Below, piece by piece: positions 27,540 to 36,609 of a stretch of DNA of 64,000 bases (positions are counted from its first letter, which is position 1; each line of letters starts with the position of its first letter). The notes under the pieces were generated by a model. That model searched no databases. It saw only the letters and a program-made list of their open reading frames with translations, and was not told the origin of the DNA. This stretch comes from Patescibacteria group bacterium (GTDB lineage: Bacteria > Patescibacteriota > Patescibacteriia > UBA2196): NCBI GenBank assembly GCA_028748975.1, contig JAQTPI010000003.1, positions 33,064-97,063 on the forward strand. The letters are read 5' to 3'. The position numbers were made by a program, and so were the translations under genes.

Positions 27540-28150
27540 CCGTTAGGCCGAACGAAAAAGTCCGGTCCTAAGGAGGTAGCGTTTCCGCATCAAACCCTCC
27601 TTTAGGAATTTGGCGACGAACGCGAATTGCACGAAATGGAGAGGGCAACCCGCCGTACCGTTTAGGCAGTCGTCACGAGCTTCTGGGCTTGTGCACCACC
27701 AGGTTGGTCACGGCGGGCAAGATAGAGTTTGTACCGAGCATTCACTCGGGTTTTGGCACCCGACAGAAGCCAAAAACTGGCGGGCCAGGTGCCAACATAG
27801 ACAAACCCTATTAACCTCTCCATGGAATGGGTTTGTGGGTTGACTGACCGAATGACGTGATCAGGCCGCCAAAGTGAATGGCGACGTGTCTCCCGTAGGG
27901 CTGCACTGTTGCCTACCCGCTACGCGGAAAAGGCGACGATTCAGCGCCAACTCCCTTTTGCCGGTTCAGTCCGAACTTCGGCCGCAAACCGCAATGGTCG
28001 CGCGGCGGGCCGCTACACAAACTCACCCCAATTTTAACGGCCCGTAAGTCCGACAATGTGCCGCTCATTCCGAGTTAGGTCATCACACTGCCAGAGCCGG
28101 TATCATCATACCGAACGCCTACGGGCCGATCTTTAAATGTACCAGCGATA
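27540..28150. ncRNA. Candidate large structured ncRNA (unclassified). A GC-rich noncoding segment.
   Basis: ~600 nt at ~55% GC with no credible ORF. On the minus strand it is bracketed by a TTGACA-N18-TATAAT promoter (28165-28196) and a hairpin plus T-run terminator (27485-27530). It contains rRNA-like and RNase-P-like short motifs (GGTCCTAAGG-AGGTAGCG, TGCACGAAATGG, GAAAAAGTCCGG). Confidence 0.4.
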
Positions 28151-28225
28151 AAAATCGCGTATTTTCATTATATATCAAGTTGATCTTTGCTGTCAAGCGA
28201 TGTTTTAGAGATTAGAGAAGAGAGA

Positions 28226-29083
28226 TTAGTGATTAGTTAATTGATTACTCTTCTCTATTCTCTCTTCTCTATTCACTATGACGTTCCCATCCAAATCCGT
28301 CCGTTTTATTATGACCTTCGCGCGCTCCAGATGATTTAGGGTGCGGGGCGAAGGATGGCCGAAAGAATTTTCACCGACACAAATGACGGCGGTTTGGGGC
28401 GAGACGATTTCTAAAAATTTTACATCGGTGGAAAAACGCGAGCCGTGGTGGCCGACTTTCAAAATATCGCTTTGCAAATTATGGCCGTATTTTTTAATTA
28501 ATTCTTTTTCGACATCAAAACCGGCATCGCCCATCATTAAAAATTTCTGATTCAAGAAATCAATTTGCGCCACGACAGAAGTATTGTTTAAATCATCACT
28601 GACTTTGCCGGCCAAATTTTCCAAAGGATAAAGAATTTCTATTTTGATATCACCGACTTCTTCAATTTCACCAGCAACGGCAATTTCCACTGGAATTTCC
28701 TGTTCTTTGATTATTTTTAAAAATTCCAAATACTGCGGGGCGGTGTGAGAAATGCCGGTCATAATTATTTTTTTGACAGTATATCTTTTTAAAATTTCCA
28801 CTAAACCAGTAATGTGGTCGGAATGAGGATGGGTTAAAATTATTAAATCCAAATCGCGCTCCCAAAATGGCATGAATTTTCCAAGCTGGGTTTGCACGGT
28901 GTTGTCCGGCCCGCCGTCAATTAAAATCGTTTCGCCCTTCCCTGTTCTGAAAAAGATGCTGTCGCCCTGACCGACATTTAAAAATACTGCCCGATCGGTT
29001 TGGAAATAATTTACATAAAAAATTGCACCAACAATTGCGGCAATGACAGCCAAAACTATAATTATTATTTTGATTCTTGACAT
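28226..29083 (-). CDS. ComEC/Rec2-related metallo-beta-lactamase-domain protein (C-terminal half of a split ComEC)
   Basis: THPHSDHITG, GDAG and VGHHGS MBL motifs after an N-terminal TM anchor. Confidence 0.8.
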   Translation of the reverse strand: MSRIKIIIIVLAVIAAIVGAIFYVNYFQTDRAVFLNVGQGDSIFFRTGKGETILIDGGPDNTVQTQLGKFMPFWERDLDLIILTHPHSDHITGLVEILKRYTVKKIIMTGISHTAPQYLEFLKIIKEQEIPVEIAVAGEIEEVGDIKIEILYPLENLAGKVSDDLNNTSVVAQIDFLNQKFLMMGDAGFDVEKELIKKYGHNLQSDILKVGHHGSRFSTDVKFLEIVSPQTAVICVGENSFGHPSPRTLNHLERAKVIIKRTDLDGNVIVNREERIEKSNQLTNH

Positions 29084-29105
29084 AGAAATTAAATTGCGCT
29101 AAAAT
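29077..29105 (+). promoter_or_regulatory. Consensus promoter TTGACA-17-TAAAAT overlapping the start codon of the divergent MBL gene
   Basis: ttgacatagaaattaaattgcgctaaaat. The ATG of the minus-strand gene (29081-29083) lies inside the -35 box. Confidence 0.55.
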
Positions 29106-29159
29106 GGAAGCAATAGCTCAAACAGGGCTAAATCACAAAACAGAAAAAGGAGGGAAACG

Positions 29160-29495
29160 ATGAGGGGTGTTCTCGTAGTAAATGCTGACACTTTGAGTAG
29201 CCAAAAAATATTCAAAAAAGTGCTCAACGCCTTTAGTGGAACAACGGTTGTCAATAGTAAAACTTTGGCCCTGGAAGAAATCAAAAAAAGGAATTATGAC
29301 GCTGTCATTATCGGGGGAATAGTCCTTTTTTGTTCTAACAATTTTGAACTCGCTCTGGAAATATTCAAAAACACTAGCAAACATCCCCTGGTTTTTATTG
29401 AAACCAAAAACGCCGGTTTAGTGCGAATTCCTTGGGAAAAATTGGAAAACAACATTCAAGACGAAGAATTAATACGCTTGATAAAAGAATCATAA
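29160..29495 (+). CDS. Hypothetical 111-aa protein, possibly a degenerate receiver-like fold (antisense cassette splitting comEC)
   Basis: Strong SD (aaaaGGAGGgaaacgATG). YDAVIIGG and ETKNAG resemble a receiver fold loosely. The terminator gccaccatgaacacctctggtggc + T-run is followed by ATTTGTCAAAAAA. Confidence 0.45.
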   Translation: MRGVLVVNADTLSSQKIFKKVLNAFSGTTVVNSKTLALEEIKKRNYDAVIIGGIVLFCSNNFELALEIFKNTSKHPLVFIETKNAGLVRIPWEKLENNIQDEELIRLIKES

Positions 29496-29512
29496 TTATT
29501 CCCCTCATCCCC

Positions 29513-29545
29513 GCCACCATGAACACCTCTGGTGGCCTTTTTTAT
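29513..29545 (+). terminator. Rho-independent terminator with the TTTTTTATTTGTCAAAAAA tail
   Basis: gccaccat…ggtggc stem followed by a T-run. Confidence 0.55.
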
Positions 29546-29663
29546 TTGTCAAAAAAGCGCTGACGCTACAACCACCCCACTCGCCTCTCGGCTCGCACCC
29601 CTCCTTCGAAAGGAGGGGATGAATGCGTCACCCCTTATTACTTATTACAGGATTATACTTTGT

Positions 29664-31160
29664 TTACTCTTCCAAAATAATTCTTTTTCTTATTATATAG
29701 TATATCATCCCCATCACGGCGTAAGAAACCAAAACCCACAGAAAATTAAAATTATTAACAGGCAGATGGCTGAAAGGAATTTTGGAACACCACTCGGAAA
29801 TGTAAATTACATAATTGGCGGATAAATAGACCGGCGCGGAAAAAAGAAAAATCAAAGGCGCGCCAAGGCCGAGGCCGGCCATGATGATAAAAATAAAACC
29901 AGCCACCATTAAAATTTCCACGGCGGGCACGGCCAAAATTAAAACATTGGTTAGGGGCGCAATCAATGAAACTGTTTGAAAGCGCCAAACAGTCAAAGGC
30001 CAAGTGATAATTTGCGCCGCGAGGGTCATCGCGAGCACGCTGCGTAAATCTTTGTTTTTAAAAATTCGATGAAACAGATGGGAAAAATATGGAGAAATAT
30101 AGACCAGCCCAAAGACAGCTAAAAAAGAAAGCTGAAAACCAATATCGCCAAGGAGCAAGCGCGGGTCCAAAAGCAAAAGAAAAACCGCGGCGGCTACCAC
30201 GGCGCGGCCGGCACTGCCCAATCTTCCCTCTTTTTGGGCAAAGGCCATAATCAAGCCCATCAGGGCCGAACGGATGGCCGGGGCATTGAAACTGATTAAA
30301 AAAAGATACAAAACCAAAATGGCCACGATAAAGTTGAAAGATTTTTGGCGCGACAGGCCCAAAAATAAAAATAACTGAAAAATTAAAGCGGAAAGCAGAG
30401 CGATATGGGTGCCGGAGATGGAAATGATGTGGATGACGCCGGAGTTGGAAAAATAATTATTCAATTCTTCCGTCAATTCGGCGCGTTCGCCTAAAATCAT
30501 GGCCAAATTCAAGGCCGAAGTGGGTGAAGACAAAAATTTATTGGCGCGAGCAGCCAGGGTTTTTCTTAAACTACTGAAAAAGTAAGAAATTTTATCCGGC
30601 CAGTTTTTATTTTGATTCGGTTCCAATTTTTTCAATTCCGGATAATAGCAAACTCGATAAACTCCGCGATCGGCCAAATAACCAGCATAGTTAAAATTAT
30701 CAATTTGTTGCGGAATTTTTAAATCACAATTAACTTGAATTTGGTCGCCAGCACCAAAAATCGGGTAGAGCGCGGCATTAACCAAAATTTTATCAGAAAA
30801 AAAATCATTATCATTTTTTATTTTGCCAATAATTAATTTTTGCGTGTCATTTTTAATTTGTGGTTCTTCCGCCACCACGCCGGTAAAAAAAGTTCTGGCT
30901 TCCGGCCAAAAAGCCGTGGAATTGGCAGCGGGTCGTGTGAAATTAAAACGCCAGAGGCCGAGAACTGCGCCAGTGAGAATTAAAAAAAATATAGCTGGTT
31001 TAGGCCGCCGGAAAATTTGAAATAAAAAAAAGAACGCCAAAGCGCTCGCTAAAAAAATCAAATAAAGTAAAAAATTATCAATAGCCATTAATTTTCCCAG
31101 AGCAACACCAGCGATGAAAGAAAGGCAAAAAAATAAAAAAATATTGGCCGACCTTAACAT
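29664..31160 (-). CDS. comEC: ComEC/Rec2 membrane domain (DUF4131 + competence domain); N-terminal half of a split ComEC
   Basis: Polytopic protein with …VIHIISISGTHIALLSALIF… as the competence-domain signature. The start is trimmed to MLRSANIF because upstream codons are repeat DNA. Confidence 0.75.
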   Translation of the reverse strand: MLRSANIFLFFCLSFIAGVALGKLMAIDNFLLYLIFLASALAFFFLFQIFRRPKPAIFFLILTGAVLGLWRFNFTRPAANSTAFWPEARTFFTGVVAEEPQIKNDTQKLIIGKIKNDNDFFSDKILVNAALYPIFGAGDQIQVNCDLKIPQQIDNFNYAGYLADRGVYRVCYYPELKKLEPNQNKNWPDKISYFFSSLRKTLAARANKFLSSPTSALNLAMILGERAELTEELNNYFSNSGVIHIISISGTHIALLSALIFQLFLFLGLSRQKSFNFIVAILVLYLFLISFNAPAIRSALMGLIMAFAQKEGRLGSAGRAVVAAAVFLLLLDPRLLLGDIGFQLSFLAVFGLVYISPYFSHLFHRIFKNKDLRSVLAMTLAAQIITWPLTVWRFQTVSLIAPLTNVLILAVPAVEILMVAGFIFIIMAGLGLGAPLIFLFSAPVYLSANYVIYISEWCSKIPFSHLPVNNFNFLWVLVSYAVMGMIYYIIRKRIILEE

Positions 31161-31317
31161 AAAATTCCAAGCTCCAAGCACTAAATTACAAACAAATTCC
31201 AAGCACCAAATCCTAAATCATAAATTGTTGGCGCGCCAGGCCAATTATTTGGAATTTAGAATCTATGATTTTGGATTTTTTTAGGATTTGGAATTTGGAA
31301 TTTAGAATTTAAAATCT
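31161..31317. repeat. Intergenic word-palindrome, CCAAG/TTGG family
   Basis: aaattccaagctccaagcactaaattacaaacaaattccaagcaccaaat…atttggaatttagaatctatgattttggatttttttaggatttggaatttggaattt. Confidence 0.8.
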
Positions 31318-31548
31318 TTAGCGATTAAGATAGACTCCATCCAGACATTTTTGATAAGCCGAGGTTTTTTGCAATTCCGAATAAATTTTACAATGACGGC
31401 TCATGAGGGCCAGATGTTGACTGTTGACATAATCAAAAACGCCAGTGGAAGAAAGAAACACCAAGATGCAAAAAACCAAAGCCAAAACAATGATGGCCAA
31501 ATAGAAAAAAGCTAGGATAAAAATTGGTGCCTCTACTTTTCCCAGCAT
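31318..31548 (-). CDS. Hypothetical small membrane protein
   Basis: 76 aa with one long hydrophobic segment, directly downstream of the ferredoxin gene. Confidence 0.35.
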   Translation of the reverse strand: MLGKVEAPIFILAFFYLAIIVLALVFCILVFLSSTGVFDYVNSQHLALMSRHCKIYSELQKTSAYQKCLDGVYLNR

Positions 31549-31565
31549 ATTTTTTAATTATTTTA

Positions 31566-31739
31566 TTACTTAGAGATGGCGCCAAAAGCACAAGAAGCCA
31601 CCACTTCGTCGTGGTTGCAGCTGGCACACTCGGCATCAATTACCTCGGCTTTGCCAGCTTCATTCATTTTGATGCAGGCCGGGTACATGGCCGCACAGGT
31701 GCCGCAGCCTTGGCATTTTTCTTGGTCGATGATGATCAT
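31566..31739 (-). CDS. 4Fe-4S ferredoxin
   Basis: MIIIDQEKCQGCGTCAAMYPACIKMNEAG…CASCN…C has a CxxCxxC…CP motif plus a second cluster. The start is trimmed out of the repeat. Confidence 0.75.
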   Translation of the reverse strand: MIIIDQEKCQGCGTCAAMYPACIKMNEAGKAEVIDAECASCNHDEVVASCAFGAISK

Positions 31740-31835
31740 AAAACATATTTTCACAGATAGAGCGCAGATTTTCACAGATACACAGATCTGTGTATCTGTG
31801 TATATCTGTTTTGCATCTGTGTGGATCTGTTTTGT

Positions 31836-32138
31836 TTATCTTTTATCTTTAGTTTTTCTCAACCGTATCACCAATTTGTCCAGCGCCAGATCAAAAGCTT
31901 CGGCAACGGTGTGGTCGTCTTCAAAGGCCAAAATTTTTTCTTGAGGAGCGCCAAGGTGAATTTCCACTTTGAAGGCCTCTTTTTTGACAAATTTTTCCAC
32001 ACGGATTTCCAAGTTGGAATTGGCAAAATCATCCGCCGACATGAGATTTTCCAAGCGATTGATTTTTTTATCCAGATAATCTTCCAGAAATTTTTTATCT
32101 CTGGGGTCCACATTTTTATAGGAAAATTGGATGTGCAT
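31836..32138 (-). CDS. hpf: Ribosome hibernation promoting factor / RaiA (S30EA family)
   Basis: MHIQFSYKNVDPRDKKFLEDYLDKKINRLEN…IRVEKFVKK…FKVEIHLG…. An extended -10 (TGtgaTATAAT) lies upstream. Confidence 0.8.
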   Translation of the reverse strand: MHIQFSYKNVDPRDKKFLEDYLDKKINRLENLMSADDFANSNLEIRVEKFVKKEAFKVEIHLGAPQEKILAFEDDHTVAEAFDLALDKLVIRLRKTKDKR

Positions 32139-32223
32139 ATTTTTATTATTAATAATTTTATTATATCACAATAAGTAGAATAAACAAAAACACCCCGCCG
32201 ATTGGCGGAGTATTTTTAGTGCC

Positions 32224-32406
32224 TTATTTATTGGCCATGATGCGAAACATGGTGGTGCCGCATTTCGGGCAAACACCTTTCATCGCATTGCGGGTTTTTC
32301 CACCTTTGGCTTTAAAGGTGGTTTCCTTGGCATCTTTCATCTCTCTTTTGGCCTTACATTTGACGCAATATGCTTCCATATATTTTAAACCTTCTTTTAG
32401 CGCCAA
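32224..32406 (-). CDS. Small zinc-ribbon protein
   Basis: CVKCK…CPKCG with two CxxC pairs in 60 aa. Confidence 0.5.
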   Translation of the reverse strand: MALKEGLKYMEAYCVKCKAKREMKDAKETTFKAKGGKTRNAMKGVCPKCGTTMFRIMANK

Positions 32407-32566
32407 TTGGCGTATAAATGGCTTAAAAGGGCGTTTAGAGGCATTCTAGACGCCGGTTTACACCGTTTTTACGGCTAATTTAACGCTAAAGTTATTTAAT
32501 AAAAGAGCTTGTTTTAACCTACTCCTGCTTTAATTATAGCGCATTTTGGATTATTTGTAAAATGGG

Positions 32567-33049
32567 TTACTCCTCCGCACAGTCTTCCATCATATTGGCC
32601 GGGAAATTATACTGGCGTAAAAGCGCGCAGGCAATGTTGCCGTTGCCGTCAAAAACGATCTGCCAGGCGTCATTTACTTTGGCCGCCAGAAAATTTCCGC
32701 CCTCAACCGCTTCACCAGTGCCAAACTTCACTCCCCCGCGCGCGTGAGTTTCGGTGGCAAGAGAAACTGTCACTTTTATGTCCTCAATTTTCTTCTGATA
32801 TTTATCCGCGAAAGCCTGGCGCAAATCATTAGTTAATTTTTCATCGCAAACTTCTTCCCAAATGCGCAAACATTTATTTTTAAGCGCGCACCAAGAATAG
32901 CCGGCAGAGCCGAGGCAGCCATGTTCGTCTTTATCACCACCGATAATCTGATTATTACCAGTGCTATTGTTGATAATAACCTTGCCGCAGGCGGTTAAAA
33001 CCAGACCAACAATTAAAACGAAAAGCAGTAAAAGAAAAAATTTTTTCAT
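32567..33049 (-). CDS. Putative lipoprotein
   Basis: The signal peptide ends in a lipobox (LVLTAC). The mature part is Cys-rich and soluble. Confidence 0.5.
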   Translation of the reverse strand: MKKFFLLLLFVLIVGLVLTACGKVIINNSTGNNQIIGGDKDEHGCLGSAGYSWCALKNKCLRIWEEVCDEKLTNDLRQAFADKYQKKIEDIKVTVSLATETHARGGVKFGTGEAVEGGNFLAAKVNDAWQIVFDGNGNIACALLRQYNFPANMMEDCAEE

Positions 33050-33080
33050 AGGTTTTTTGGTTTATTAGTTTATTAGTTTA

Positions 33081-35849
33081 TTAATTTATTAGTTCGTTGG
33101 TTTGTTTATTATTAAAAATCCATTTGACCAATTCAATTAGACCCATAATGACAAAACTCATGGCCACGACATAGAGCCAGTGGAAAAAATTCAGGGGCAC
33201 GGTGCGAAAAATTATCTGAAACGGCGCCAGATAAACAGCCAGAAGCTGCAAAATAAAACCAGCGATAACCCCGGCCAGTAGAGTTTTATTTTTCAGCCAG
33301 GAGACGCGCCAAAAAGGCAGGCGCGACTGGCGAATGCTAAAAATATAAAACAAAGTATTGACGCCCAAAAGAGCAAAAGAGATGGTGTTGGCCAGAATGA
33401 AGTTTTCTGCCCGGCCCTGCCAAAAAATATAAAAAGTAAAAAGAATTAAAACGGCGCTGACCAAGCTGATTAAAAAAATTAGGGTTTTGTTCTGGCGGTC
33501 CAAAATTTCCATCTTTTTATATTTTTTATCCATCAAGTTTTCGGTTTCGCTGTCGCGGGCCAAAGCCAAGGCTGGAAAGATGTCGTCAATCATGTTGACC
33601 CAAATTATCTGTGAAGCCAAAACTGGCATGGGCCAGCCCAAAAGCAAAGCCCCGATAATTATGAAAACTTCGGAAAAAGAATCGGAAAGAAAATAGAGGA
33701 CAACTTTTTTGATGTTGGCAAAAATGACGCGACCTTCGTGCACGGCGGCGGCAATATTTTGGAAATTATTATTGAGAAGAATGATATCGGAAGCTTCTTT
33801 GGCCACATCATTGCCGGTGCCGAGAGAAATGCCGATGTTGGCCTGTTTTAAGGCCGGAGCATCATTAATGCCGTCGCCGGTCATGGCGGTCACCGCGCCG
33901 TTTTCCTGCCAGGCCTGAACGATTTTTAATTTTTGTTCCGGCGTGGTGCGCGCGTAAATTTGAATATCTTTGACCACTTTCTTAAATTCCGTTGGCGACA
34001 TTTCTTCCAATTCATCCCCTTCCAGAATATTTTTTCCAGCGGTGCCCAAACCGATTTCCCGGCCGATAATTTCAGCGGTAAACCGATTATCGCCGGTAAT
34101 CATGATGGTCTTAATACCGGCCTCCCCAATGAGACGAATTGTTTCTTTGGCCTCCACTCTCACGGGATCTTTGATGCCGATCAAGCCGGCAAAAACAAAA
34201 TTGGTATAAATGTCCGGCAGGGCAGCCCGGGTTTTTGGCTCGCCACTGGCGGCGGCGTAACTATTATGATCGGAAATAGCCAAAAGAGATGGCTGAACCT
34301 CTTTATAGGCTAGGGCCAGAACGCGGAGTCCTTCTTTGGAAAGAATTTCATATTGCCGAATGATTTTTTCACGGCGGAGAGCATCAAGCTCTTCCGCGCG
34401 CTTATGTTTGTAATTATAAAAATGATTGGCAAATAATAAAACTTTCTCTGGCGCGCCTTTGAGATAGATGACATTATGATGGCTGTCGCCCTGATGAAGC
34501 GTCATCATAAATTTTTGGCGGGAATCAAAAAGGACTTCGTCCAGGCGGGGAAATTTTTTTTCTAAGTCATTTTTATAAAGCCCCAATTCCGCGCCGGAAA
34601 GAAGCAAAGCACGGTCAGTTAAGTTGCCGGCAAAAAACAGCTCGGGCAAGGGTTCGCCTTTTTTCATGGTGCGGGCATCATTACATAAAACTCCGATGTG
34701 CATTAAAAATAAAGTTGTTTCCATGGCGGCGGGCGCCAAACTGCCCACCCCATCAAAAATTTCCTGGCTGATTTCATCGGAAACCACTTTGACTACCCGC
34801 ATATTGCCTTCAGTGATGGTGCCGGTTTTATCAACGCAAATGACATCGGTGGAGCCCAGAACTTCGGCTGCCAAAAGTTTTTTGACTAAAGCTCCTTTTT
34901 TCAAAATTTTCTGCATGCCGAGGGCCAAAATGACGGTGGCCAAAATTGCCAACCCTTCGGGAATGGCGGAAACGGCGATAGCGACAGACAAAGTGAGCAT
35001 CTCCACCGGGGCATAGCCAAAAATCAAACCAAATAAAAAAACCAGCACGGCCAAAACCAAAACCAGCCGGGTCAAAAAAATCGCCAGACGATCCATTTTT
35101 TTCTGTAAGGATGTTTTTTCCGCGCCTAAATTGGAGATTAATTCCTGAAGACGGCCAAATTCGGTGCGCGAGCCGGTTTCCACCACCACGCCAAAGGTAT
35201 TTCCTTCCACTGCCAAAGTGCCGAGATAAGCCATGTTTTGGCGATCGGCCAAGACAGTTTCTTTTGGCACCGGGTGGGTGGTTTTTGGGCTTGGTTCAGA
35301 TTCGCCGGTTAAAACCGCTTCATTAATTTTGAGCTGATGAATTTTGAAAAGGCGCAGATCCGCCGGAACTTTGTCACCCGCGCCCAAAACCACAATATCG
35401 CCTGGCACCAAATCGGCGCCATCAATTATTTTTTCTTCACCGCCCCGAAAAACGCGCGCGTGAGTGATAGCAACTTTTTGCAAAGCTTTAAGGGTATTGG
35501 CGGTTTTTCTTTCTTGCCAGGCGCCGAAAAAAATATTAACTAAAATTCCGGCCAAAATTACGCCAGCGTCAATGTAATCGCCCAAAAAGACGCTGATTAG
35601 GCAGGCGCCAATTAAAACCAGCATCAAAACCGACCGAGCTTGGCGAAAAATGACGGCCAAAAAAGAATCTTCCTTTTTCGCCGGCAAAACATTAAAATCA
35701 TATTGCTTTTGCCGTTTGATAACTTCTTCTGTTTTTAAACCCATTTCCGAAGTGTCCAGATGCTGCCAGACATCTTCCAATTTGTAAGACCACCATTTAG
35801 TTAAGACTCTTTCCGGGCGCGGTGATTGGTGTTTTTTAAATAAAGACAT
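33081..35849 (-). CDS. P-type cation-transporting ATPase (P2/MgtA-like)
   Basis: DKTGTIT phosphorylation motif, TGDN and GDGINDAPALKQANIGI in a 10-TM protein of 922 aa. Confidence 0.9.
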   Translation of the reverse strand: MSLFKKHQSPRPERVLTKWWSYKLEDVWQHLDTSEMGLKTEEVIKRQKQYDFNVLPAKKEDSFLAVIFRQARSVLMLVLIGACLISVFLGDYIDAGVILAGILVNIFFGAWQERKTANTLKALQKVAITHARVFRGGEEKIIDGADLVPGDIVVLGAGDKVPADLRLFKIHQLKINEAVLTGESEPSPKTTHPVPKETVLADRQNMAYLGTLAVEGNTFGVVVETGSRTEFGRLQELISNLGAEKTSLQKKMDRLAIFLTRLVLVLAVLVFLFGLIFGYAPVEMLTLSVAIAVSAIPEGLAILATVILALGMQKILKKGALVKKLLAAEVLGSTDVICVDKTGTITEGNMRVVKVVSDEISQEIFDGVGSLAPAAMETTLFLMHIGVLCNDARTMKKGEPLPELFFAGNLTDRALLLSGAELGLYKNDLEKKFPRLDEVLFDSRQKFMMTLHQGDSHHNVIYLKGAPEKVLLFANHFYNYKHKRAEELDALRREKIIRQYEILSKEGLRVLALAYKEVQPSLLAISDHNSYAAASGEPKTRAALPDIYTNFVFAGLIGIKDPVRVEAKETIRLIGEAGIKTIMITGDNRFTAEIIGREIGLGTAGKNILEGDELEEMSPTEFKKVVKDIQIYARTTPEQKLKIVQAWQENGAVTAMTGDGINDAPALKQANIGISLGTGNDVAKEASDIILLNNNFQNIAAAVHEGRVIFANIKKVVLYFLSDSFSEVFIIIGALLLGWPMPVLASQIIWVNMIDDIFPALALARDSETENLMDKKYKKMEILDRQNKTLIFLISLVSAVLILFTFYIFWQGRAENFILANTISFALLGVNTLFYIFSIRQSRLPFWRVSWLKNKTLLAGVIAGFILQLLAVYLAPFQIIFRTVPLNFFHWLYVVAMSFVIMGLIELVKWIFNNKQTNELIN

Positions 35850-35850
35850 A

Positions 35851-36609
35851 TTATTTATTTGTTACTTCGGCCACGGCTGCCGTATAGGCGCAATAATCGC
35901 AAGCTTTAGCTGCTGGGGGAATTTTATCGACATCCAGACATTTTTTGGCTGACAATAATGTTTTTTCCACCCAAGCATCGCTACCAGTGTAGGGTACGAG
36001 CGTAATATCAAATTCCAGCTTGGCGTCAAAAGCAGCGCCATCAGTTTTGCCATTGCAATAAACAAAATAGCCCAAATTATTAACTTGAAAACCGTTTTGG
36101 CGGAAAAGCCACTGATAGATTTCCATTTGCCGTTTATAGCCGTCTTGCCAGTCTTTGTTTAATTCCGTGATTTCTTCGTCTTTGCTGGTGGATTTATAAT
36201 CAACGATGATTAGCTCGCCGTTTTTATCCTGCCAGACATCATCAATGGCGCCAAAGACCAAAAAATTGGTCGGCGCGTGGAAAAATTGGATGCCTTTGAA
36301 ATTGTTGCGCCAGTCCTCCAATTTTTGGTGCGGCAGGGGCACCGCTTCCACGCCATATTTTTTCATCAAAGGATGCGCTGTGTTTTTGGCGCGGTGCGAA
36401 TCAAATTCTTTTTTCAAAAGCTTATCCACCGCTGAATTAAGCGCGAAAGGAAAACCCGGCGGCCGGCCCACGCCCAGTCGCCTATCCAAATAAAAACAAC
36501 GCGGGCAAGCCACGAACAAATCAATTTTGGAGCGCGACAATTTAAACAGATCTTTTGAATTAGGATCGTATAAACCTTTAGCGCGTTTGGCAGTGTAATA
36601 TTCGGACAT
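35851..36609 (-). CDS. PD-(D/E)XK nuclease of the Cas4/RecB-like family with Cys clusters
   Basis: CPRC near the N-terminus, IVDYKS (D…E-x-K) in the core and CDYC at the C-terminus. Its stop abuts the ATPase start. Confidence 0.6.
   Translation of the reverse strand: MSEYYTAKRAKGLYDPNSKDLFKLSRSKIDLFVACPRCFYLDRRLGVGRPPGFPFALNSAVDKLLKKEFDSHRAKNTAHPLMKKYGVEAVPLPHQKLEDWRNNFKGIQFFHAPTNFLVFGAIDDVWQDKNGELIIVDYKSTSKDEEITELNKDWQDGYKRQMEIYQWLFRQNGFQVNNLGYFVYCNGKTDGAAFDAKLEFDITLVPYTGSDAWVEKTLLSAKKCLDVDKIPPAAKACDYCAYTAAVAEVTNK

Noticed and set aside
27610-27843. 77-aa plus-strand ORF in the GC-rich noncoding segment
   Set aside because: High GC generates a long open frame by chance. The composition is W/R/G/H-rich with no start signals, so it is more consistent with structured-RNA DNA.
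27540-28150. Assignment of the GC-rich RNA candidate as RNase P RNA or tmRNA
   Set aside because: Only fragmentary motif matches (AAGUCCGG-like, no clear ACAGAA-CCGGCUUA partner; no tRNA-like GGUUCGA T-arm or tag ORF) could be found by eye. I left it unclassified rather than name it.
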